A DNA stretch of 64,000 nucleotides from Podarcis erhardii (taxonomy: Eukaryota): NCBI GenBank assembly GCA_964252035.1, contig OZ176201.1. One strand, written 5' to 3'. A program made the position numbers and the translations under genes. Numbering within the stretch: position 1 is the first letter of the stretch; every line of letters begins with the position of its first letter. Of the stretch, positions 48,425 to 60,094 are shown piece after piece. Below the pieces are notes generated by a model. That model worked only from the letters and a program-made list of their open reading frames with translations, had not been told where the DNA came from and made no database searches.

Positions 48425-50560
48425 CCTCCTCCTTCTCCTCCTCCTTCTTTATTGAATTTATATACCGCCCTATACCCGGAGGTCTCAGGGCAGTTCACAG
48501 AAAAGATCAACATAAAAAGCAATATATATACAACAACCCAACAACATTCCACCCCCTAAAAAGACCCACATTTTAAAAGGGGATAAGATGTCAATCAGAT
48601 CAACCAAAGGCCTGGTTAAAAAGGAACATTTTTGCCTGGCGCCTAAAGGTGTATAATGAAGGCGCCAGGCGAACTTCCCTAGGGAGAGCATCCCACAGAT
48701 GGGGAGCCACTGCAGAGAAGGCTCATTCTTGTGTTGCCACCCTTCGGACCTCTCGAGGAGGAGGAACATGAAAAACGACCTCCGAAGATGAGATCAGGGT
48801 CCTGGTAGGTTCATATAGGAAGAGGCGGTCCTTGAGGTATTGTGGTCCTGAGCCATTTAAGGCTTTATAGGTCAAAACCAGCACTTTGAATTGAGCCCGG
48901 AAACTAATTGGTAGCCAGTGCAGTCAAACCAGTATTGGTGTAATATGATCAAACCGTAGTGCTCTGGTGAGCAGCCTGGTTGCTGAATTCGGCACAAGAG
49001 ACAGCCCTATGTATAACGCATTGCAGTAGTCTAACCTTGAGGTTACCAGAGCATAGGCAACAGTAGTTAGGCTATCTCTGTCCAGATAGGGGCATACCTG
49101 GGCCACCAGCCGAAGCTGATGGAAGGCACTCCAGGCCACTGAGGCCACCTGAGCCTCGAACGACAGCCAAAGATCCAGGAGTACCCCCAAGGTACAAACC
49201 TGCTCCTTCAGAGGAAGTGTAACCCCATCAACAGCAGGCACTCTCCCACCCATCCGGTCTAGAGAACCCCCCACTAACAGTACCTCAGTCTTATGTGGAT
49301 TGAGCTTCAGTTTGTTGGCTCTCATCCAGGCTATTACTGAGGCAAGACACTGGTCCAGAGCTTCTACCGCCACACCTGCAAATGTAAAGGAGAAATAGAG
49401 CTGAGTGTCATCAGCATACTGCTGACAACATACTCTGAATCTCCGGATAACCCCACCCAGCAGTTTCATATATAAATTAACCAACAAGGGGGATAGGATT
49501 GAGCCCTGCAGAACCCCACATTGAAGGTTCCATGGGGCTGAAGAGCATTCCCCAAGTAACACCCTCTGGGAACGACCATCCAAGTAAGACTGGAACCACT
49601 GCAAAGCGGTGCCACCCATCCCTAGTTCGGAGAGTCACTCCAGAAGGATACAATGGTTGATGGTATCGAAAGCCGCTGAGAGGTCGAGAAGAATTAACAG
49701 GGATGTTTCCCTTGTCTCTCTCTCGACAGAGGTCACCATACAAGGCAACCAAAGCAGTTTCTGTGCCAAAACCAGGCCGATTGAAATGGATCCAGAAAAG
49801 CACTTGGATCTGGTCTGCAACCACTTGCTTCAGAACTTTGCCCAGGAAAGGGAGATTAGCAACTGGTCAGTAGTTAGTTAGGTTTTCTGAATCCAGGGAA
49901 GTACAGTGGTGCCTCGCAAGACGAAATTAATTCGTTCCGCAAGTTTTTTCGTCTTGCGAAGCACGGTTTCGCGTAGGAATGCATTGAAAATCAATCAATG
50001 CGTTCCTATGGAGACTGTCCGGGGACAGAGGGGAAGCGCCGCGCGCCTTCCCCTCTGTCCCCGGACCTGTTTTAAAGCAAGGGAAGGGGCACGCGCGACT
50101 TCCCCTCTTTTGAAGCAAGGGGCGGAGGGGAGAAGATCGCTTCTTCCCTTTGCCGCCCCTTGCTTCAAAAGGGGTCCGGGGACAGAGGGGAAGGCGTGCT
50201 GCACTTCCCCGCTATCCCCAGAGCTTGCGGGGCAAGCTTCGTTTTGCGAAGCAAGCTCATAGGGAGATGTGTCTTGCGAAGCGGCTAAGAAAACGAAAAA
50301 CTCCTTCGTCTAGCGAGTTTTTCGTCTTCCGAGGTGTTCGTCTTGCGGGGCACCACTGTATTCTTAAAGAGTGGTTTTACCACTACCTTCTTCAAACAGG
50401 CAGGAACCACCCCCTCTCGTAAGGAGGCACTGATCACCTCCCTGGCCCAGCCAGCTGTTCCCTCTCTGTTGGTTTTTATTAGTCAAGAGGGCAAGGGTCT
50501 GGTTGCTCTGACTGATGGTGCAAACAAGGCAAATGTTAGCCTTTAACCTCATTATCTGTC
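48425..50560 (-). mobile_element. L2-clade LINE, 5'-truncated and degenerate, interrupted by a MITE at 49904-50358
   Basis: RT motifs GVLQGSILSPLL, QYADDTQLY, KLKLNPHKTE and LVTSRLDYCN (ORF 48924-49619); FRPGFGTETAL in the adjacent frame; the LKKVVVKPLL region continues beyond the MITE. The 3' tail lies near 48430-48500. The 5' boundary is approximate. Confidence 0.85.
49904..50358. mobile_element. Tc1/mariner-type MITE (455 bp) inserted in the L2
   Basis: TIR CAGTGGTGCCTCGCAAGACGAA...TTCGTCTTGCGGGGCACCACTG; TA TSD; internal hairpins. Confidence 0.9.
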
Positions 50561-52392
50561 ACTGTCTGGGTAGTGGTTTGGGAGCCCCTGGAGTCTGGCC
50601 TTCAAATCCAGCCCAAGGCACATGTAATGATCTCTGGTAGGCAAGCAAGCCCTGATAAGAAGGAATGACTCTCTGGCAGTTTTATGTACAGTACTTAAGT
50701 TTATTTTTAAAAAGACACATCCAGAGCACAGCTTCTTGCCTGCTTGCATTTACGATAGTTGGCCAGTCTGAATCTTCGTCCATCCCACAGCAGGAAGGAC
50801 GCCAAACTCCCGCCTTTTCCCTCTTGCCCTTCCATTGCCCTCTGATCTTATCCAGTCGCCTCGAACAGGGACTGAGAGGCTGGCCTGCCCCCTCCCCACT
50901 TCCACTCAACACAGACTCAGACCGCTGCTTATCTGCTGATTGCCTAGCAACGCTCTGGCTGCCTCCCAACTTTTCCTCTTCTTAGAGCTAACATAGTCTT
51001 CCCTGGGAAGGGGGGGGGGTCGAACTGCCCTTTCTCGACTCTGTCAGCCAGCTCTCATCTGCAGAGTCGGTCCCTCGTCCACTTAATTCAATTTCTGAGT
51101 CTAACTCTTCCCCTGTGCTCTGGGAGTCCACGTTCCTGATACCATACCCCTGGAAGTGATATGGTAGGTTAGCAAACTTATTTGTTAGCAGAAAGGTCCA
51201 GACCTTTCCTGGCTTCCTGAATTGGAATATGCACATGGTGCCATATATGGAAATAGCTGACCATTTGCTCTGTGAGTTCTGGAGGGTCATTCACACAAAC
51301 TCTTGCCTTATTTGAATATAGCAAGAAAAGGTAGTCTTTGTAGTTGAAAAGTGATTGCATGGGGACTTCCGGAGGCGGCGCGTCCGGCAATGGCTGCCCT
51401 TTCCTAATCGGGAAGAGGGAGCTCCGCAGGAACGGGTCGTCCACTACGGCGCAGCGGAGACCCTCACCGGAAAACCACGGGTAGCGTAAGCCCGTGGCCG
51501 TGGGACTCGGCGGGCACCTGGAGCGCCCCCCGAAACGCAGAAGGGACCTCGTAAGAGGTCCCGGAACGTGGAAGGGTTGGCGCGGTGCTGTGAGTCAATC
51601 GCTCTTTCTGCGGAGTGAAGCCGCGAAGCTGCTGCCGGTGAGCGCTGTCCTCTTTTCTTGGGAAAATTCGGCGTGAAACCAACAACTCGTGAGTAAGAGC
51701 AGAAAAGATAAGGTTTGGAGTATAAATTTGCTGCAAATTTGGCTAAAAGCGAGAGATGTAACCAGTAAGTCCGTCTCTTGCCACTGCTTAAGATCTAAAG
51801 CAAAGACTTTGATGTTTGGAGCCTCTGAAGAGGTGTCAAAAGGCAATCAACTCTCACATCTGTTTAAGCTATTTCAGGACTTAACTTTTTAAAAGACTTA
51901 TTTAATACAAGAATTGTGTGATACCTGCACTGTTGGACTTACAAATTGATAAAGAATCCCAGGCAGTCGGTCTGCCTAGACAAGAGATCTGTCAGTTTGC
52001 GAGATTTGGATATTTTGTTGCTGGAACCAGCATTAGCTGAGCTTTACTGGAACTGTTGCTTTGAATTGTTACATTTTGCACTTACTGAGACATTGTTATA
52101 GTCTGAGACCAACTCTGCTAAACACAACTGCTGAAGGTTTCAAGAAATTAAAGGCTGTCTGGACATTGCTGTTAAATACTGAAGTTTGGGAAAATTTTAA
52201 TAACTAATATTAAATAAATAGACTTCTTCCCTATAATAGAACTGGGCTCCCCCTAGAGGATTTTTGGATTACAGTTAAATGTGACTTTTCCTTTTGGTTT
52301 CCTTTCCTCCGATTTGGTTTGTTTATCTTCTGGGCTTGTGGATTCTCATGAGAACATATCCAGATTGTCCTTGACTAGCAGATAGAAGTGGA

Positions 52393-53412
52393 ATGAGCGG
52401 TACTGGGAGACAAACAAGATCGGCTAGAGGAGGGAAAAAGCAAACAACTTTGACTTTACTTTCCCAGCCGCGTAGATCATCTGTCCCTGATGTTTTGGAA
52501 CTAAAGGAAAGTGTGCAGTTTCTGGGAGAAGATATGGCAGCAGGTGGAACTGCTTCAGTATTAGACAAGATACTTGAAAAATTGGAAGGCCTAGATAAAA
52601 AGGTGGATGAACAAACGTTAAAGATTGACCAGACTAGAGATTGTGTCACCAAGTTAACAGAACAAGTTACTTCAAACGCTCAAGCAATCAGTAACTTATC
52701 TGAATCCACTGCAGAAAATCGGAAGCTGGCAGAGGAAGCCATTCAGAAAACTGAAGCACTGGAGCAGGAGGTGAGACCACTGCATAAGCAGGTCGGGGAT
52801 CAACAAGCCTATCTGTCTATGATTGAACTTCGGGCACAGGAAAATAACCTGAAACTGAGGTTCATACCAGAACTTGAACATGAACAAGGGGATCTAACTG
52901 AGTATTTAACAAAAGAATTTTCCAAGTGGTGGAATTTGGAGGAGGAAAATGACTTTAGAATTGTGACTGCTTTTAGGCTTGGAAAATTTACAAGGAAAGA
53001 CAGGCCCAGAGATTGTTTGATCACTTTAAGATCCAAGGAGGAAAGGGACAAAATACTAGGATTACACTACGGAAAGTCACTTGAAATTTTGGACAAAAGA
53101 GCAGAGGTGTACAAGGACATTCCTAAACAACTTTTGGACCTTAGGTCCACTTATCTTGAACTAGTGAAGTTGTTGAGGAGCAATTTAATCATCTTCAGGT
53201 GGGAATTCCCACAAGGACTATCTTTTACTTTTAGGGGGAAGAAGGTGAAAATTAAAACGGCTGAGGACAAAGATAAATTTCTGAATACCTACGGAGAGGA
53301 CCTTCAGAAAGGGATTGAAAGACCCTCAGGGGCTGGACCACAGTCTGCACCTACACCTACACCGGCGGGGTCTGTAGACCAGGATAAAAAGACACCACCA
53401 CCAGAACAATAA
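52393..53412 (+). CDS. L1 ORF1p-like protein (339 aa; coiled coil plus RRM-like and C-terminal domains)
   Basis: Uninterrupted ORF with a heptad-rich N-half (LDKILEKLEGLDKKVDEQ...), NNLKLRFIPE, RPRDCLI and WEFPQGLSFTFRG motifs, directly upstream of ORF2. Confidence 0.85.
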   Translation: MSGTGRQTRSARGGKKQTTLTLLSQPRRSSVPDVLELKESVQFLGEDMAAGGTASVLDKILEKLEGLDKKVDEQTLKIDQTRDCVTKLTEQVTSNAQAISNLSESTAENRKLAEEAIQKTEALEQEVRPLHKQVGDQQAYLSMIELRAQENNLKLRFIPELEHEQGDLTEYLTKEFSKWWNLEEENDFRIVTAFRLGKFTRKDRPRDCLITLRSKEERDKILGLHYGKSLEILDKRAEVYKDIPKQLLDLRSTYLELVKLLRSNLIIFRWEFPQGLSFTFRGKKVKIKTAEDKDKFLNTYGEDLQKGIERPSGAGPQSAPTPTPAGSVDQDKKTPPPEQ

Positions 53413-53426
53413 CAGATTTGACCAGG

Positions 53427-55364
53427 ATGTCTCTGCAACTTCTAAGTTGGAACATAAATGGCGCCAACATCCCGGAGAAAAGGAGAAGGATATTTCATAT
53501 TTTGAAAAAAGAACAATTGGACGTTATTTGTTTGCAAGAAACACACGTGACTAGGCTACACAGAAAAGTGTTAATAAATAAAAGATTAGGCCAAGAATTT
53601 ATCTCTTCGGATCGAGTAAAGAAAAGAGGCGTGGTGATATATGCAAAAGAGAGCCTGTCACCAAAATTTTTATTCAAGGATGAACATGGACGAATTCTGG
53701 CAATTGAAATTCAGACCCAAGGTGAGAAGTTTTTATTATTAGGAATTTATGCGCCAAATGAGGGAAAATCGGAATTTTATAAGAAGCTGCATGAGATTAT
53801 GCTGGACTATCTGAACTATGATAACATCATCATGATGGGAGATATGAATGGAGTGGTATCAACCAACATGGACAAGTCACACAGTCAAAATGTGACAAAA
53901 GACGGCAGACTAAAAAGTAAGATACCTAGGGGTAAACATAACAGTGAAGAACAGGAATTTATTTAAAGACAATTATGAAAAATGTTGGTCTGAAATTAAA
54001 AGGGATCTAGATGTATGGTCAAGATTGAAACTTTCCTTGTCAGGACGTATTGCTGTTATCAAGATGAATGTATTGCCAAAAATGTTGTTTCTGTTTCAAA
54101 CTTTACAGATAGTGGATAAAATGGAGTGTTTTGGGAGGTGGCAAAGAGATATTTCTAAATTTGTCTGGCAGGGCAAAAAGCCCAGAATTAAGTTTAAGAT
54201 ATTAACTGATGCTAAAGAAAGAGGGGGCTTTGCCCTGCCAGACTTAAAGTTGTACTATGAATCAGCAGCTTTCTGCTGGTTGAAAGATTGGCTACTTCTC
54301 GAAAACACTGATGTTTTAGATTTGGAAGGATTTAATAATGCTTTTGGTTGGCATGCATATCTGTGGTATGACAAGGTTAAAATACATAAGGCTTTCAAGA
54401 ACCATGTTGTCAGAAAAGCAGTGTTCATTGTCTGGTCAAAATATAAAGACTTATTGGAAAATAAGACCCCAAGGTGGCTATCACCAATGGAGGCCAAGGC
54501 CCCGAAAAGACTCAATATGGAGGCCAAATGGCCGAAATATTGGGAAATAATAGAAAAAGATGGAGACAACTGGAGGTTGCAGAGTTTGGAGAAACTAAAG
54601 GGGAAAGTGCGAGATTGGTTACATTATGCTCAGATCAAAGAAGCTTTTAAGTCAGATAAAAAGTTAGGATTCCAGGTGGAAAAATCAAAGTTAGAAACAG
54701 AACCCAGCTCTAAGATACTTTCAAGAATGTATAACTTGCTGCTAAAATGGAATACACAGGATGAAACGGTCAAATCAGCTATGATAAAATGGGCACAGGA
54801 CATAGGGTACAACATCATGTTTGCTGACTGGGAAAAGTTATGGACCACAGGTTTGAGATTTACGGCATGTAATGCCTTGAAAGAAAACATTATGAAAATG
54901 ATATATAGGTGGTACTTGACTCCAGTCAAGCTTGCAAAGATATACCATTTGTCTGACAATAAATGTTGGAAGTGTAAAGAAGCTGAAGGAACATTCTTTC
55001 ACCTCTGGTGGACTTGCCCTAGAGTGAAGGCTTTCTGGGAAATGATATACAATGAGCTGAAAAAGGTATTTAAGTATACCTTCCCTAAGAAACCAGAGGC
55101 CTTTCTTTTAGGCATTGTCGGCCAGAGTGTGCAAAAGAAGGATCGAACTTTTTTTATGTATGCTACAACAGCAGCAAGGATACTCATTGCTGGAAAACTC
55201 AAGATTTGCCCACACTGGAAGAATGGCAGATGCAACTGATGGACTATATGGAACTGGCGGAGATGACTGGCAGAATCCGAGACCTGGGAGAAGAATTGGT
55301 GGAGGAGGATTGGAAGAAATTCAAGGACTATCTACAAAAATATTGTAAATTATATGAATGTTAA
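53427..55364 (+). pseudogene. L1 ORF2 remnant: N-terminal APE endonuclease part fused out of frame to the post-RT/C-terminal region
   Basis: SWNING, LQETH, GIYAPN and MGDMN endonuclease motifs end at ~53912. The sequence resumes at KVRYLGVNIT (end of RT) in another frame. No YADD/FADD core is present. The cysteine-rich C-terminus (KCWKC...HLWWTCP) is retained, with a further frameshift near 55190. Confidence 0.88.
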
Positions 55365-56871
55365 GAAAGATGTGAGATTAGTAATAGTTCGGCTCCAACA
55401 AATTAGTTATAAGGAATACAAATTTAAATGCAATTGAAAGAAAAGACAAATTTTGGATAAATAGTACGTTATAATTAAGTCTTCAAAAGAGTGATTTAAA
55501 TTTTAAAATTTGAGATTTAATATTGGAAAACTACATTATATGAATTGAAATAGGTTAATAATTTGCTAGCAAAATCTATGAGTTTAGAATGCAGGAACAA
55601 GAGATGTGAGGAAGTCCAAAGATGAGAATGAAATGTGGATATTGGAAAATACTATGTTATTATGTATGTTTTTTATTGTTTAAACAAAAACTTAACAAAT
55701 ATCATTATAAAAAAAAGAAAAGTGATTGCATGAAACAGACTTGAATGTGGTTCCCATTCTTACATCAGGTAGCACTGAATTCTTATGGGAGCACTTCTAA
55801 ACACACTTACTAGAGAGAAAGTCCTATTAAATATAGTGGGACTTAACTTATTCTGAATAAACATGTACCGTTTTGCTTGTATGCAACTGAATGGTTGAAT
55901 TTTTGGACCATGTTACTTAATTTACTCTACTCGACTACTATACAGGCAGCCCCCACCACCTTATGTGGTTACATTCCAGGACTTTGGGTGCGTAAGTGAA
56001 ATAAAGTGGGCAGCACCCACTAAAATGTTTCCCCTGCTCTTCAGATCTCTCTCCCTCTCTCTCGCCACACAACTCTCTCTCCAACTACAGTTGAAACTTT
56101 GGAGCCAGTTGGAAGCTGAAGGATGTGTGGGAAAGTGACTGCTGCTGTTGCTGCTCTACGCTGTGTGTCAGCTGTTAGACGGGGAAGCTGAGCAGCCTAA
56201 ACAAAGCCCCGGTGTACCTCCAGTCTATTTGGGGCTTCCTCCACCCTCACTGACAGTCTCTTTGGGCTCCGGGGAGGCTCCTCACAAGCCATGACGACTC
56301 CCCAGCTCTCCCCAGCATTTCCTAGTATGATTCTATTTGTTTGTTTATTTCCTGGAGCCATGTGAGTAGTACACAGGTAAGTTGGGGTGGGGGAATGCCT
56401 GAACTTCACTTCACTAGCTTTACTTTAAATTTACTCCTGTATAATTTAAAGCTTGTAGGCGAACAAACATATTCCTTAAGACAGAGTCAGGAATGACAGC
56501 ACACAAGGCAGTCTCTGTCAAACAAGTTATTCCTCTTTTACGATTATATAGAACATTGTATAATGAAGAGCTGGATAATAGGTTCCTTGTGAAAAACGGA
56601 TCAAAATTCTTTTTGGCAAAGAGATAATTATCTCTCATCATAAGAATGATGATGCCAGTTGCTTACGCCATAGTTAATTACACCTGATAACCAAATAATC
56701 AGGAGCCTTAAGCCTTTCAACATTTCTGTATCACTTTCATCAAATGGCTTATTGTCTCTCACACAAAGTTGCATACCTACTTAAAACTAGAAGTAAACAT
56801 TTGCCAGGTAACAGAGTGCTGCCTTGGGGAGATTATGAAACTGGTGGTGTAGCCTGCTTTTGTATGGAGTA

Positions 56872-57144
56872 CAGTGGTACCTCGCAAGACGAAAAACGCG
56901 CAAGACGAAAGAGTTTTCCATTTTTTGAGTCGTTCCGCAAAACGAATTTCCCTATGGGCTTGCTTCGCAAGACAAAATGTCTTGCGAGTTCTTGCGAGTT
57001 TGTTTCCTTTTTCTTAAAGCCGCTAAGCCATTAATAGCCGCTAAGCCGCTAATAGCCGCTAATAGCCGTGCTTCGCAAGACGAAAAAACTGCAAGACGAA
57101 GAGACTCGCGAAACGGATTAATTTTGTCTTGCGAGGCACCACTG
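56872..57144. mobile_element. Tc1/mariner-type MITE (273 bp), same TIR family as 49904-50358
   Basis: TA|CAGTGGTACCTCGCAAGACGAAA...TTTTGTCTTGCGAGGCACCACTG|TA; internal (TAATAGCCGC/TAAGCCGC) repeats. Confidence 0.9.
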
Positions 57145-57664
57145 TAGCCATACATAGGAGCCCTATCGCCCTTTTCACCTGGCCACCTTATTTCTGCTCA
57201 TGGTTAGTTGGTTTGCTTCACTTCAGAAGTCGTTCAGCTATGGATACAAAGGCTTGAAGCATACACAGGAATGGACTAGCTTTCTGACAACCACAGTTGT
57301 CTCCTGAGTGAATGGTGACCCTTGGCAGATGAAGAAAATGTCCACATAGGTTGAAAGCAGGGCAGCAAACAAACAAACAAACAAACAAACAAACAAACAA
57401 ACAAACAAACAAACCACATTCCAAAAGAGATAGTAGATAAATAACCTGTACAATAGGCCAACCAATTGCTGGGAGCAGAAGGATTTCCCTATCATTCCTG
57501 CTTCCCACCATCTTTCAACTCTGCCCCCCCCCCGCCATTTTCTTTTTGAAGCAGTGCTGGGAAATGCTGACATAGATAAGAGACCTAGGATGCAGGATGC
57601 AGGATGCAGGATAGTAGGACAACAACACCATTGACCATTGATCCTGGATTTGAAGATGCAGTTG

Positions 57665-58730
57665 GTGTGTTGGAGCTACTTGCTAATGCTATTCTAGGCT
57701 GCATGGACAGAAGTATAGTGTCCAGATTAAGGGAAGTAATAATACCACTCTGTTCTGCCTTGGTTAGACTACACCTGGAGTACTGTGTCCAGTTTTGGGC
57801 ACCACAATTTAAGAAGGATATTGACAAGCTGGAACATGTTCAGAGGAGGGTGACCAAGATGATCAAGGGTCTGGAAACCAATGAACAGTTAAGGGAATTG
57901 CATACGTTTAGCCTAGACAAGAAGTGACTGAGAGGACATATGATAGTTGTCTTCAAATATCTAAAGGGCTGTCACTACTACTACTACTACTACTAATTTA
58001 TTTCTACCCCGCCCATCTGTCTGGGTTTCCCAGATGGAGCAAGCTTGTTTTCCCCGGTTCTCGAGGAAATCAATGAATTCAGAATAATTTTAATTAGTTT
58101 TCAATTATAATCCAAAAATAGCCTCATTATAACAATACCAATTTATAATACAATTATTAATACCAATCATTCAAATACCGAATTATATAATTTAGATAAA
58201 GTGGCCCCCCACGTGCTAGATTTGATGATTTGTTGATTTTCTTTATTTCTGCATTCCAAAATCTTATTAATTTCCATTACGTTCCAGTAATAATAATAAT
58301 CCCCTATACAACAACTGCAATATTAATAATTTCTATTCATGTTGACACTTTAAATGATTTATAAAACTACAAGTGCAGAACTCAAAATATATCCTTGTTC
58401 TTCCTGATATATCCTTGCTTTTCCTTTGCCAACGATCTCCCGCTGTCATGGTGGCTGCCTCCATTAAGGCAGAGAGGAACCGGGAGCTAAGGGAACCAAT
58501 GAACTCAAGTTCCAAGAAAGGAGATTCTGACTAAGCATCAGGAAGAATTTTCTGACAGAGCTGTTCGACAGTGGAACAGTCAGACTCCCTCAGAAGGCAA
58601 AGGCCTCTCCTTCCTTGGAGGTTGGATGGCTATCTATCCTGGGTGGTTTAGTTAAGATTCCTGCATTGCAGGGAGTTGGACCAGATGACCCTCAGTGTCC
58701 CTTCCAATGCCACAAATCTATGATTCTATG
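57665..58730 (+). mobile_element. CR1 3' fragment with nested insertions (L2-type tail ~57966-58032 and an AT-rich, possibly L1-derived segment ~58050-58520)
   Basis: [41 protein letters not shown]; the CR1 3' end resumes at ~58520 and finishes in ATCTATGATTCTATGA. Confidence 0.8.
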
Positions 58731-59095
58731 ACATACACAGTGCCCTTGGAAACAATGCCACACCCCACCAAGCTGGGGCCATGTTGGGGATGCCGCCAAC
58801 ATGAAACATAGACAAGGAAGTATCTGGCCTGCAGGCCAAGGAGGGGGCATGGCCATCTTGTTGCCTTGCCCCTTGCATATCAGACAGGTGTCTTTTCTAT
58901 TGTCCTTTTGGCATCTGTTGAGGACTTTCAGCTTTCCACAAGCCTTCCAAATAGACATTGGTGTTGTTGTTGTTTTTTAACTCCAGTTGGTATCTCTACT
59001 GGATTTGAAATTGTGTGTGTGCACGCGTGCACAATTCTTTTAAACTATTTTTCTATGTTTTCAATTACTTTTATTGTAGTGTGAAATTACTTTTA

Positions 59096-59183
59096 AGTAA
59101 TTTTTTGGAAGCTGCCCAGAGTGGCTGGGGAAGCCCAGCCAGATGGGCGGGGTATAAATAATAAATTATTATTATTATTATTA
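59096..59183 (+). repeat. Short L2-type tail repeat (GGAAGCTGCCCAGAGTGGCTGGGG...CCAGATGGGCGGGGTATAAAT(AAT)n); other copies at ~39609-39683 +, ~48063-48203 + and ~57966-58032 -
   Basis: Near-identical ~75-bp segments at four positions. Confidence 0.75.
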
Positions 59184-60094
59184 CTTTAGGAGAAGTGATT
59201 CCTAAACAGATAAAAACAATGCCCCAACATGCAAGACACCAAGAAAATTAGACAGTATTCACCCACTGCTAATCTGTAATCTGTTAAGGCTATTTTGAAG
59301 AAGTTGCTTTAGCAAATAAGCCAAATATATCCCTCATGCTCCCATCTTTCCTTGATTACATCCCTGCACCTGAACAGGGAGTTCCCTTTGTTGTGAAAAC
59401 AAGTGTTCACTGCACTAGAAAAAGCTATTTATTAGTGTCAGGCTTTTCAGAGTGCAACTAACCTTTACTTAGTGTGCAGTGATCCCATTTTGATACATCC
59501 TTATATTCTTTAAACATTATTTTATCAACGACTATGGAAAGTTCTCTAAAGACCCAGTTAAGCTTTGACCCATGGATTTCCTTTATTGGCTGTTAGCATT
59601 ATCTTTAATAAATCATTCCAAAGGTTAGTTCAGGTACTTCAAACAGCCCCAATACAGTGAAGACTGATAAGACATTTTGAAATTGATGGTGGTGGTTTTC
59701 ATGCTTTCTAAATGAGATCTTGAAAAGCCGGGCTTGGTGGTAGATGTTTTTATAGTGAAGTAGCCTGAAAATCTGAGCAAGGAAGGTATATATTGGCTAA
59801 CATCAGTGACATCACAAACCCATCTCCTCCCTAGGCAATTCTGCATCATTAAACAAATTTAAAACCTGGTTGGAGGTTTTGTGCAAGGTAAAACCAGCAA
59901 AACTGGTTGCTGCATGGCAATATTACTTATCTATGAAATGCCAAAGAATTCAACATCTATCATGGGTTAATAGCTTCAAAGCTAAGAGACCAGCTCACAC
60001 CTACATATTCAACAAGGACGTCACAGTGAACAAGGCAGATTTTGTTAACGTTAAGTAATTCTGGCAGGAAAGGGAGTGGAAACAGAACTGCCAA

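Larger units (their letters stand above)
51361..55716 (+). mobile_element. L1-clade LINE with full 5'UTR, intact ORF1, internally deleted ORF2, 3'UTR and polyA (about 4.36 kb)
   Basis: Perfect TSD GAAAAGTGATTGCAT(G) at 51346-51360 and 55717-55731; CpG-rich 5' end starting GGGGACTTCCGG; A-rich tail; ORF1 and ORF2 pieces as listed separately. Confidence 0.92.

Noticed and set aside
51178-51360. Open frame QSLFNYKDYLFLLYSNKARVCVNDPPELTEQ… spanning the L1 insertion site on the minus strand
   Set aside because: No recognisable homology and no clear splice signals even after removing the L1 in silico; treated as a chance ORF.
57588-57615. (GGATGCA)n short tandem repeat and other repeat arrays checked as possible CRISPR-like arrays
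   Set aside because: Simple tandem repeats with no unique spacers, in a vertebrate genome.
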